64,000 nucleotides of DNA from Nitrospirales bacterium (GTDB lineage Bacteria > Nitrospirota > Nitrospiria > Nitrospirales > UBA8639). Location of the stretch: contig CBDBCZ010000015.1 in assembly GCA_965203295.1 (NCBI GenBank), forward strand, positions 32,001 through 96,000. The letters run 5' to 3'. This document shows, piece by piece, positions 27,952 through 40,119 of this stretch (its first letter is position 1; each line of letters begins with the position of its first letter). The position numbers and the translations under genes were made by a program. The notes under the pieces are model-generated. The model was not told the origin of the DNA and did no database searches. It worked only from the letters and a program-made list of their open reading frames with translations.

Positions 27952-29236
27952 GCAATACCTTTCAGCATCAGTAAACCTACACCTACCAGATTTATCATGC
28001 AATCAAACAGTGCTCAGGATCACAGCTTTTACTAAGTAACAAGCAATTTTTGGCACTGCAGCTGGATTGGGAACCCTGATTTCAATCTCATTATGCTTCA
28101 TTGCTGCAATTGTTCATGGTATTGTATTGAAATAAAGGAAACCAATTGTTCAGAATGTGATAAACTGTGAATTAATAAGCACACATTGGACCAGTGCTGA
28201 AGTCAGAGTTGAACGACTTGATATTGAAGGTTATAGACAACTTCATAATCTGATGCAAGATACCAAGGTCAAAGTGCAATGTGTGTGCGTAAGCCAAAAG
28301 TGTATACTTAATAGGATGTGTAGTGCATGTTTAATGGCTGCATGTAATACATGCATGTATGGCACTACTTTTATCTTTAATTACAGGAAGTATTTAGCCC
28401 CACCCCTCGTATACGTATTATATACATGTAATCTATAACACAATAATTATGCAGGATCAGTATCCGTCAGATGAGACCCTTTACAATGATCCAGATTCTA
28501 CTGAAGAGCTCCTACTTGAACAGATTAAGTACCAAGGAATAACAATGATTCCTAGGGAATCACTGGCGTACGTGAAATACTTCACACACATCACGCAATA
28601 CTAAATGATGACGATTTTTTTTTGCTCACATACAGATGCACTATTCATTTGTGTCGAGGAACATTTAGTGTCGTCAACAGAGGAATATGGCAAGATGATT
28701 CCGGTATGATATATGAGGTTGCAGTAAAATCTTTGGTTCCCGGATCCCCAACAACTGCAGGATGAGAAGATCAAGCTTCAACTTTACCGACATTCTCCCC
28801 CAACTGGCTGCCCAGTGATGATTGCTGAAATCGTGAATCAATGTTGGTAAGTCTATAGCTCTGCTTTCCACAAAAACAGTCTCCAGTACCTTTTTTATCA
28901 GGACCTCATTCTTTGCAGCCTATCCATGCAGCTTTTGCTTATGAAATAATAGAGAACTGCTATAGCTACAGGCCAGTTACTATGGATAGCATGTTTGTAC
29001 TTAAGCATTCAAATCACACTATTCTCTTTCCCAGGCACCCAGACCCTGAATCCCTTCCTACCTTCAGGGATCTGCTAATTGCTCTCCTGAAGTTCGAGGA
29101 CTCACTGGTGGATGTCTCAGGAAAGCCTGTTGATGTCTCAGCATGGTCTGAAGAGCCTGGAGAGGATGAGGCTGTTGATGAGATATACTGCAACAATGAT
29201 TTACTCGACGTGGAAGAACTTTATGATATCATTTAA
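27952..29236 (+). pseudogene. Pseudogene copy of the RTK-B pseudokinase receptor
   Basis: Aligns to 36159-38373. There is an in-frame TAA after the TM segment (TTGAAATAAAGG vs TTGAAAAGAAGG). A kinase-core deletion joins GAGAAGATCAAGCTTC to ACCGACATTCTCCCCC. No ectodomain exon is present. Confidence 0.85.
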
Positions 29237-30078
29237 CTTATAGAACTATCACATGCCTTATCTTTTAGCAAACAGGCTCTACGTACTTTGTAAACAGACA
29301 GAAAGGCAGCATTGATGTAATATGTAAGCATGACATGAATATATATTATTAATATAAGAATCATCATGAGTAATTGCATATTAACCGTTTATTGGTGATC
29401 TAGGGCATAATTATGAGTATCACACATCTATCATCTGTAGATACTAATGGGTATTGTGTTTTCAATGGAAATTTAGTGTTGTCTTGAAAAGTAATGTCCA
29501 GTGAATTGATATGTTAGAATTAGCTGGAAATAGTCTGTAAATCATTGACATAATATTATCGTGAAGTAAGCTGCACAGCAATCACAGGTTAACATGAACA
29601 AATTTAGAAAACTATGCCACCTCGCTAATTGTTTAGCAGATTCACTGATTAAGCAAACTATGGAGTGTATACAATGTGTACACGCATGAGGAAAAGTGAT
29701 TCGTTTAGTAGTCACTGTACTCCATACACCATGAACAAAGTATTTGTGGTGAAATACAAAGTGTTGCACTATCAATGAGGAGGTTATATTGCCTTCATCA
29801 AACAAATCATGAAGTAAAGGACTGTAATGGATATACAAAGAAATACAAATTAAAATTCTTTGGTTTGGCTGCTGTTTGATGCCTCATTAGAGCAAAAACA
29901 AATAAAGTGTCATAAAAATTTTTAAAGTTAAGTTATTTAGCACTGTGATTTCGTTAACTCACTATTTTCTCAGATATTCTTTCATGTAATACTTTAACAG
30001 ATATTGCAATTATGAAAAGCTCGCATAAGTGTAGTTAGATTCATACTCACATGCATATCACCAAGAGAAAGAAGTGAG

Positions 30079-33000
30079 ATGAAGCTCAGAATATTTGTGA
30101 TCATCTTGGCAGCAGGTACTGAATAAGAGAATAATGATGGGGGTGGTATTATCCTAGTAATGCTGTACTATTTTATCATACCAGTCATACACATCACTTG
30201 GACATACCAAAGTGATGAGTGCCCAGGTGATGCTGCTCAGTTTGAGTCTACTGCCACAGAGAATTCAGGGTTCTTCATAAGTGAAAATCCTGTGGGGTGC
30301 TCTGGCGACATTACAGCCTGGAGATTCTGCTACTACACAAATACTAGACCTTGTAGATTGGGCAGTTATGAAGCCGCATTTGGCTTATACAGAAAACAAG
30401 GAGAAGACTTTGAACTGCTGTCTTACACAGAACAGAGTGTAAGCAAGGATGGAGATTCATTTACAGATAATGCTGGATTGACTTGTGAGCTTCTGGAGCT
30501 GAGTACGCCTTATAACATTGAAGAAGGATATCATATTGGTGTTTGTTTGTTTGAAGACGGAAATGATAAAACCAATACAAATAAATGCAATGATGGAGTA
30601 CGTCCACTTTCCATTATAGCCCAAGAAGTGACTGGAACTAGTCTAAAACATTCCGATTCGTACTGTGACAATTCACTGCCTATCATCGTACAGACTGAAG
30701 ACTCACTCGACACTCTACACGATCATGCACTTCACATATCCTTGCAAGTTGGTGAGTATCTGTCTTCCGTAGCCCTTTGATTTTGCATATTTTCCAACAT
30801 CCCTTCCTTCCTTACACAGTAATAAACAACAACCCAGTCATGAGTATTACAGGTAAATTGCAAAAATATACTTAGTTCACCTGCAGACATGTCATATTGC
30901 ATGTTGCATTCCTGCAGAAACAACAATCATCCTAAACACTAATGCTACCAGGGATCTCTTGAATGATCACGACTCTACCATCAATCTACCCCCCGCTATT
31001 TTATCAACAGTCTCCCCTAATGCCTCAACCACAGAGTTTATGGCATTGACTGGTCACGACTCTACCATCAATCTACCCCCCGCTATTTTATCAACAGTCT
31101 CCCCTAATGCCTCAACCACAGAGTTTATGGCATTGACTGATCACGACTCTACCATCAATCCACCCCCTGCTATTTTATCAACAGTCTTCCCTAATGCCTC
31201 AACGACAGAGTTCATGGCATTGGCTACAAATATACAGCCTACACCACAACCAACTGCTCCAAACTCACCGACCATTGAAAAAACAAGTCAATCCTCTACT
31301 TCAAAATCAATAATAGGCCTAACCACAGCTGTAGTGATGCTAGTGATATTTGCAGTTGTGGTACTTCTTTTGGCTCTTACGCTTTTGCGGTACAGGAGGC
31401 AAAAGCACAAGGAACTTCAAGCAGAAATTTCACAACTGGGTCAACCGGGTAAGTCAAATCTATAAATAGCTACATTAATGACTGTGTGAATAAGCTTCCT
31501 TCATGTTGATAACACAGGTCACTTTGTTATCGCTAATGGTTATATACCACCGACAAATAGTGCTACTCATGAATGTGACACAGCAAATCAATTCTCAGAG
31601 ATTGAGAACACTGCTACACATTATGAATTTGATCCTGAAATCAATCATTCCGGCCGAAGTGACTCTGACAGTGTGGTAAGAATTCATGTTGCAACCAACA
31701 TTAAAGTCATAGTTACTTGATAAACAGCTTCTTTCTTGCAGGACACACAGCACTATTCTGCTCTTAACCAGACAGTAATGCCTCCAGTTCAATATTCCAG
31801 TTACCATAGATATTACGCAACACTAAAGGTATGTGAGAATGGTTATATCACGTTTTCACCGATTGTTAAAATCAGACTATAACACTGTACAACCCCATGC
31901 AGGCTGTACAAGAAGCACTTCCATTTAAGCAGCCTAGTTCGAGTGAAGGAGACCTGTATGCTCAGTTGAATAAACAGAAGCTTAAGAAGATTCCTAGAAA
32001 AGAAATTAGGTAGCTAAATCCCCAAAGGCATGGAAAATGTATCTACACTTTTGTATAATGTTTTGAAATTAATCCCACAGAATCATGGACTGCCTTGGTA
32101 CTGGCCAATTTGGTACGGTACACAAAGCCATGTGGAAGGCTCAAAATGAAAAGGCACAGGATGTAGCTGTGAAGATAATATCTACTATTTCAGTGGAAAA
32201 CCGAGTCAAACTTCTCCAAGAAGCAGCAATAATGAGTCAGTTTGCTCATCCAAACATCATCAGATTATTTGCAGTTACATTAAGTGAAGACAGTGTAAGT
32301 TACTGTACATTAGGTGACTAATAGTATCAGTAGCAGTTATAATAGTGACATGTTGCATTTGTGTTTTGTCAGTTAATGCTGGTGATGGAAATGGCCTCTA
32401 GTGGTGACCTTCTGAAGAAACTGATTTCAATGAGCCCAAAGTAAGTACCAACTCTGATATGTGACTTGTTTAAAATGCATAATCATGTTATCAGTAATAC
32501 TGACACTAGAATCCTGGGTTCATCAACAAATGTATTCTCTTTAGGCCCGGACAGCTTGCTCGTGAACAGACTGGTACAATCTTTCTCAACCTCTCATTGC
32601 AAATTGCATTTGGAATGGAATACCTCTCTAACAAGAGATTCATTCATCGTGATCTGGCAGCACGCAACATTCTGCTGTCTGAGGGCTACATCTGCAAAGT
32701 CAGTAATCTAAAAAAAATAAATATGAACGTGTATAACCATCAATCAATATCCTTAAATTATTTGTAGATTGCTGACTTTGGTATGTCCCGAGACCTTGCC
32801 AACGACAACTGCTACATGTCTCGGGGTGGTAAAATTCCAGTGAAGTGGACGGCTCCAGAAGCAGTACAGTACAGGAAATATTCTACTGCCAGTGATGTCT
32901 GGAGTTATGGGTGCCTGCTTTATGAAATCTGGACTTTCGGGAAAACACCATTTGAAGGATGTTCCAATATACAGGTGTGTGCAACCAATGTCTGCATCAT

Positions 33001-33707
33001 AGATGTATGGTTTTAGTCATGCCTGTATAATATTACATATTACAGACGTTGGAAAAATTGGACTCTGGCTACCGTCTTCCTCCCCCACCTGGGTGCCCCA
33101 GAGTTGTCTATGAACTGATGATCAAGTGCTGGTTAGTTGACCTGTTCTTTTGTTTAATCCATGCACACACATAGCATTACAAGCGAACTACTAGCATTAA
33201 AACTGGGGTCATGGCAGTGGGGATTTTACTGTAAATGACAATTGGTAGGCCTGGAAGCAAGGCTACCCTCTCCCTTTTTCCCTCCTCTTCATGCACTCCA
33301 GCAATACCTTCAATGCCCATTTATTTGCATGCATTCCGACATTTTACAACTTTATCTATGACTATATGCACACAAACACAAGAAGAACTGTACATTAAAG
33401 GCAGATATCACTAGAACAGAGCAAACGTGGGTTATATATAAAAGTTATTTTGGTCTGCATGCAAACTAATTTACTTGAAGTTCATTCCTATTATAGGCAT
33501 CCAGGGGCAACATCTCGACCCGGTTTCAGGGACATTGTGATGCACATGATGAGACCTGAAAGTGAAATGCTAGAAATACCACAAGAAGCACTAAACACCA
33601 ACACGCTTGCTGGAGTCTTGGGGGGACCTCTGAAAGCTGGAATAAACATGTACTGTGATCTTCAGTGGGCATACTTCTCACCTAGTGGCGATGAAATCAC
33701 TGTATAG
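30079..33707 (+). CDS. Receptor tyrosine kinase RTK-A (signal peptide, Cys-rich ectodomain, S/T stalk, TM, catalytically intact TK domain)
   Basis: Exons 30079-30115 ([12 protein letters not shown]), 30185-30751, 30918-31448 ([32 protein letters not shown]), 31518-31675, 31742-31828, 31903-32009, 32081-32294 (GTGQFG, VAVK), 32373-32440, 32545-32698 (HRDLAARN), 32768-32974 ([11 protein letters not shown]), 33046-33132, 33497-33707. Confidence 0.9.
30965..31223 (+). repeat. Coding 90-bp (30-aa) tandem repeat x3 in the RTK-A stalk
   Basis: [27 protein letters not shown](T) three times, nearly identical at DNA level. Confidence 0.9.
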
Positions 33708-34402
33708 CAGTTCATTCATTTGGACAGTTTGTTTATTCACTATGTCAAGTAAAATTTTGCTGTTGCTCATGAGATTGGCAAAGGGGAAACCTAATTGTAC
33801 GTATATGTACATATAACTATGTGAAATTCCATTAAAGCCTAGGAGTGCTGGCAACAAACTCTCCCATTGTATGGCACGAGACTAGTATCAGACGTTCAGC
33901 CATCCTGCATGTATCAATACTACATACTCCGGATCCGTGTGCCTGCCTATAAGTCATAATTAGAACTAAGCATACTAACAAAGAGCATATCAGGTATAGA
34001 CCTGGCACAAAATAGGGCAATAATTTCATAGGAGAGCATGACTAAAACGTTTACGTAGATGATAGATGGTTGGTACATGTTACCATAGAGACAGATTTTT
34101 CGGAGCTTTATATCTCGCTGAACATAGACACACAGGCCATCACACTTAGGCCACGTCCTCTACCCCACCCACGTACCAAGTAGGTTTGATTATAGCTGGC
34201 AAGCTCTATTCACCCTTCGGGCTCATAGAGCTTGCATGCCGCCCATGATCAAACCTATACTTATGGTATGGGTAGGTTACTAGGTTATAGAGGTATACTG
34301 GTTATTATAGAGGGATAATAGGGATTATGTGTGGTTTTATTGGGATAATTATTGATGGTTATAGAAGGTTTTGGATGGTTATATAGTCAGGCTCCTGAGC
34401 AG

Positions 34403-34484
34403 AAATCATCTTCGAAATTGGAACTCGCTGGACTTTTCATGATGACTCACACCAGTGCCAATTTAAATGACGTTACATAACCAC
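34403..34484 (-). pseudogene. Degenerate copy of the SSX2IP exon 1 start and proximal promoter
   Basis: AAATCATCTTCGAAATTGGAACTCGCTGGACTTTTCATGATGACTCAC...GACGTTACATAACCAC matches 27103-27194. Confidence 0.8.
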
Positions 34485-35190
34485 ATAGATTAATAACCTA
34501 TTACGTACCAATTGGATCACGTGAACATTAATACCACCCATATTTTGTATCCTGCATGCATGATGATAATTATGTCAGGTGAGTGAGTGAAGAGACTAAC
34601 AGATTTTCCATTTATAGGCAAGATCCTTCATCTTAACATAGCTAGCTACGGTTGAAAAAACTATTCATCATAGCATCACTGGTTATAAGTGGTCTATTCT
34701 CAACTGCAGTGAAGGATGTAAAGTCTTTAATAGTTTAATAGTTACTGACATGCATGCCTATAGGTATGTATAACACTCAACAGGATAGATAATCCAACAC
34801 GTCCTCCTAGTGCTATATATCTCCTCCCTGGTCATAAACATATATGTTGCATGTGTTCCATTCAGACAACAGAGCAATGAAAATTGCCCACAGGGAAAGC
34901 ATTAGTGTGAAAGACTTTCCTAAAGGTTAAAACTTTCACCTTTATGAGCTAATAGGATATAGATGCAACTAATCTAGCTAGCAAATTAGCAATGAGTGTA
35001 CTAAAGGGACTTGAATAAAAGTTCAACATTCTACAAATTTATGCATTGTCTTTAATTGTGTGGTTGCAGTAAAATTTTTGTCACTGCAAGTTATTTCCCA
35101 TGCACACTCTCATTTAAAGTCTACAGATATAGCAAAGGTGTCTCAGTAAGTGAAATTAGTGAGGATTGGAGTTCAGACAAAGATTTAGAA

Positions 35191-38100
35191 ATGTGTACAA
35201 TAATATTTGTACAAGTGGCATTTTTGGCCATACTTTATCAAGCAGGTAAGCTGACTGACTAACTGCAATTGCATGCAGGCTTGTATTGATCATGGCAAGC
35301 CAGTGCATGGGTGACTCTATTCATGACTTGCATATATGTGGCTAATTATTTTTATCCCCCGTCCTCTATAGGATATACCGAAGGTACAGATACCAGTGTG
35401 TGTCCCCCAATATTAGGCACCAATCTTGGTCAAACCCGTACGGTGGGTACTTCTGAGTCAGAAGAATCTGATAGTAGTAGTAATGCTGTAACCAGGCCTG
35501 CCTATACCGGACTATTGTTGGATTTTGACAGCCAAGCAGAATGCACAGGAACCGCTGCAGTGTGGCACTATTGTTTCTACTTGGAGTCAAGCAGTTCATA
35601 CTACTCACAAGTGGCTGAGTTTGGTGTATACAGAATGCAAGAAAGTGGAAACTATGCTCGTGTGAGAGAAAGTCACAGAAGAGTGGAAGTACACAATGAA
35701 TACTCATTGTTAGTTCCAGATTTCATTTGTCAAAGTATCACAATGGATGAACCATTCTCAGTCCTTGAAGGAGACCTAATCGGAGCTTGCTTACTCAATG
35801 ATCCCACTAATAATATCTACGCACTTGATCTTCTTGCTATTGCAGATGTCAGCCATAAACTCCACCGCAGAAATACATGCACTAGTTCAGAAGTAGATCC
35901 CTTAAGCTCGGAATGGTCCTTAATTAGCAGAATGGCTCTACATCTTTACCTGGAGATAAATTACACCACAGTGTCATCAACAGTGTCACCTACAGCATCA
36001 ACATATCATCCATCAGAGATAGGTAAGACCTAATATAATGGAGTCCAAAAGAGTTCACCCTGCTCTATAATACGATTGCATGCAAAAAATAGTCATTTCA
36101 CTATAGTATCCCATTTAACCCTCACTGTAATTTATTAGTATTTCCATCCATAATGCAGCAATAACTACAAATACGTTCGGCATTAGTACACCTACATCTA
36201 CCATTCGAAACGGGTTCTCATCTACTATGCAATCAAACAGTGTTACTCCAATGCTATTAGCTCCAATGAAAGGAGAAGAGGTACAATCACATTCAGGATC
36301 ACAGCTACTATTGAGCAGAAAGGCAATTGCTGGCATTACAGGTGGATTGGGAGCCCTGATTTCAATTTTAATATGCTTCATTGCTGCACTTGTTTATGGT
36401 ATTGTATTGAAAAGAAGGAAACCAATTGTTCAGAGTGAGATAGTTTGTGAATTAAAAAGCATTAATTGGACCAGTGCTGAAGCCAGAGTTGAAGAACTTG
36501 AGGTGGGCAGTTATAGACAGTGCATGGTATAAGAAGCAATTCCATAATCTGGTTATACGTGATACTAAGATACCAGAGTTAAAGTACAATGTGTGTACAT
36601 AAACCAAAGTGTATAGCCTAGGATGCGTATAGTGCATGTTTCGTGGCTGCATGCATGCATGTGCATATAGTTATGTAATGTACCTACCGGTATAACACAA
36701 TTCACTTATGCAGGATCAATATCCGTCAGATGAGACCCTTTACAATGATCCATATTCCACTGAAGAGCTCCTACTTGAACAGATTAAGAACCAAGGAGTA
36801 ACAATGATTCCTAGGGAATCACTGGCGTACGTTAATTACTTTACACACATCATGTAATACTAACGTACGGGAAATTCTTTGCTCACATACAGATGCACTA
36901 TTCTCTTGGGTCAAGGAACATTTAGTGTCGTCAACAGAGGAATATGGCAAGATGATTCCGGTATGATATATGAGGTTGCAGTAAAATCTTTGGTTCCCGG
37001 ATCGCCAACAACTGAGAAGATCAAGCTTCTGCAGGAGGCGATAATGATCCATCAATTCAGTCATCCGAATGTGATCCAACTTTACGGAATGATCATGACA
37101 GATAAGCAAGTAAACCATTAAGAGCAACATGTTTATGCTAATTTATTTTATAACCACTCTAAATTAAATATACTATTTTTGAAAAATTATTCGAAAGAGC
37201 ATGTAGTATAACCATACTCTATTATACTATAGGTTGTGTTGGTGATGGAGCTTGCCCGCAAAGGAAATCTTCAGGCCCATCTCAAATATTTAGGCCAAGT
37301 GTAAGTCTATTATCTTATTTAAAAATGTCATGTAATGTTAATGACATAATGTCTGATTAGTCAGCAGATCCAGACAAGATCAGCCATGCAAAAAAAGTTG
37401 GTTGGTTTTTCAAAAGATATTGCGATGGGAATGCAGTACCTCTCCAGGAAGGGCTTTCTTCACCGAAGTATATCATCCAGCAGTGTATTACTTACAACTG
37501 CAGGCATGTGCAAAGTAAGGAGACAGCCAGTACTGCAACAGATGAAGTATTGAGGCTATAGACTGTACATGTGTATAGGCTCAAATGCGTGATAGTATAA
37601 ATAACTTTCTATACCCTCAGATTGCTGGTTTTCAGATGTCTCGAGGCCTATCAGAGAATGAAACCTACTATGCCTCTCGTGGTGCTAAAACTCCAATGAG
37701 GTTGACTGCTCCTGAAGCTATATCCTCCAATAAATTTTCATCAGCTACAGATGTTTGGAGTTATGGATGTTTACTGTATGAAATTTGGAGCTTTGGTCAC
37801 CAACCCTTTGAAGACTTTACAGAAACTGAGGTAGACAAACACATTACTTACATGCATGCATATACTCAAACCACATGTTTGTATATACCCAAGGTCTTAC
37901 AAAGGTTGGAGTGTGGGTACCGACATTCTCCCCCAACTGGCTGCCCAGTGATGATTGCTGAAATCATGAATCAATGTTGGTAAGTCTATAGCTCTGCTTT
38001 CCGCAAAGTCTCCAGTACCTATTTCATCAGGACCTCATTCTTTGCAGCCTATCCATGCAGCTTTTGCCTATGTAATAATAGAGAACAGCTATAGCAACAG

Positions 38101-38373
38101 TGTACAAACCCAGTTACTATGGATAGCATATTTGTACTTAAGCGTTCAAATCACACTATTCTCTTTCCCAGGCACCCAGACCCTGAATCCCGTCCTACCT
38201 TCAGGGATCTGCTAATTGTTCTCCTGAAGTTCGAGGACTCACTGGTGGATGTCTCAGGAAAGCCTGTTGATGTCTCAGCATGGTCTGAAGAGCCTGGAGA
38301 GGATGAGGCTGTTGATGAGATATACTGCAACAATGATTTACTCGATGTGGAAGAAATTTATGATGAGATCTGA
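35191..38373 (+). CDS. Receptor tyrosine pseudokinase RTK-B (intact frame, catalytic motifs lost)
   Basis: Exons 35191-35245 (signal peptide), 35372-36022 (ectodomain), 36159-36502 (TM), 36714-36826, 36893-37109 (GQGTFS, VAVK), 37233-37300, ~37361-37514 (HRSISSSSVLL), 37621-37830 (IAGFQMSR, PMRLTAPE), 37894-37979, 38172-38373. Confidence 0.85.
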
Positions 38374-38726
38374 CTTATAGTACTATCACATGCCTTATAA
38401 TTTAGTGTACATCCATTAGGTCAAACTTTACTTTGTAAACAGAAAGGCTGTACTGATGTAATATGTAATATACTAAGCATACATGAAGATATGATGTAAT
38501 ATGTATTATACTAAGCATGACATGAAGATACTATTATTATAAGAATTGTCATGAGTAATGTTATAACCTTTCGTGATCTGGGGTATATATGCAAGTATCA
38601 CACATCTGTAGATACTAATGTGTATTGTGTTTTTCAGATAGAAATTTAGTGACTTAATGTCCAGTGTGTTAAAATTGAGTTAGAAGAGCCTGTGTAAATC
38701 ATTGACATAACAGAAAGCAGGTGGTT

Positions 38727-39992
38727 CTGCCAAGATGATCATGAATATTAGTTATAAGCTTCATCTCACTTCTTTCTCTTGATGGTATGCATAATGTGTT
38801 TTACATTAATTTTAAGCGAACTTTTCATAATTAGTACAATGTCTGTTAAGTATTAGTGATTGTATATGAAAGAATATGTGATAAGTTAACAAAATCAGTG
38901 CTAAATCACAAAATTAATTGTCATTAGGCATCAAAGAGCAACCAGGTCAAAGAATTTCAATTTATACATCCAACACTCGTTCGTTTCATGATCCGTTTGA
39001 TGAAGACACTATAACCTTTTCTATGATAGTGCAACATTTTGTATTTCACCTTTGTTCATGGTGTATGAAGTACAGTGACTACTAAACGAATGATTTTTCC
39101 TCGTGTGTACATGCATGCTGCATACACTACATAGTTCGCTTAATCAGTGAATCTGTTAGCCAATTAGCGAGGTGGCATAGCTATAAAATTCTGTTCATGT
39201 TCATTAAGCAATAATGTTCTAGACAGCTATAAGCTATTTTCTTAACTGATTGCTGTGCAGCAGGTACTGTATAAGAGAACAATAACAACGGTACTGTCGT
39301 AGTAATGCTGTGCTATTTTGTCATACCAGTAATACATACACCAAAGTGATGAGTGCCTGGGTGATGCCCTCAGTTAGAGTCTACTGCCACACAAAATTCA
39401 GGATTCTTTGAAATAGTTAAAGGTCGGTTTGGGTGAGGGGAATTTAAAGTCCGAGGCGAAGCCGAGGAGTTTAACCCCTCACCCAAACTGACCTTTAACT
39501 GATTTAATGTATACATTGGTATAGCAATGATCCCTGTATGTGGCCTCCTTTGAGTGCTATAAGCGTGGGGAAAAGTGGTTGCCATGGTAATGTACATTAA
39601 ATAAGTGAAAATCCTGTGGAGTGCTCTGGCGACATTACAGCCTGGAGATTCTGCTACTATACAAATACTAGACCTTGTAGATCGGGCAGTTATGAAGCCG
39701 CATTTGGCTTATATACAGAAAGCAATGTAGGAGAAGGCTTTGAACTGTTGTCTCACACTGAACAGTGTAAGCAAGGATGGAGAATCCTTTACAGATAATG
39801 CTGGATTGACTTGTGAGCTTCTGTAGCTGAGAGTACGCCTTATAACATTGAAGAAGGATATCGTTAATTTGTATGGATTCTAATATCTATAGTTTGAAGA
39901 GGAATTACATTACTAAAACACGCTTATACAGTGGTAGAATATTACATCCATTCTCCATTATAGCCCAAGAAGTAACAGGAACTAGTCTAAAA
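38727..39992 (+). pseudogene. Pseudogene copy of the RTK-A 5' part (inverted promoter/exon 1, frameshifted and interrupted ectodomain exon)
   Basis: 38727-39261 is the reverse complement of ~29570-30113. 39262-39992 aligns to 30114-30650 with frameshifts, a stop, and a ~190-bp insertion at ~39410-39600. Confidence 0.85.
39410..39600. mobile_element. Crypton-like hairpin element inserted in the RTK-A pseudogene
   Basis: AGTTAAAGGTCGGTTTGGGTGAGGGG...GAGGCGAAGCCGAG...CCCCTCACCCAAACTGACCTTTAACT. It is absent from the paralogous site at ~30276. Confidence 0.75.
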
Positions 39993-40119
39993 CACCTGCC
40001 CACTTGAAAGCGCAGATGAGTATCCGGATGTAAATGTGGTCGAGGGCCAGCCCACTTCCGCTGGCCCGCGAAACTAAACTGACACGATATAATCGTTCGC
40101 GTATATTAAAACGCGAACA

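Noticed and set aside
39995..40119. Possible ASDURF-type upstream ORF as in vertebrate ASNSD1
   Set aside because: Only very short ATG-initiated frames are present, and the RTK-A pseudogene ends immediately upstream. No prefoldin-like ORF was seen.
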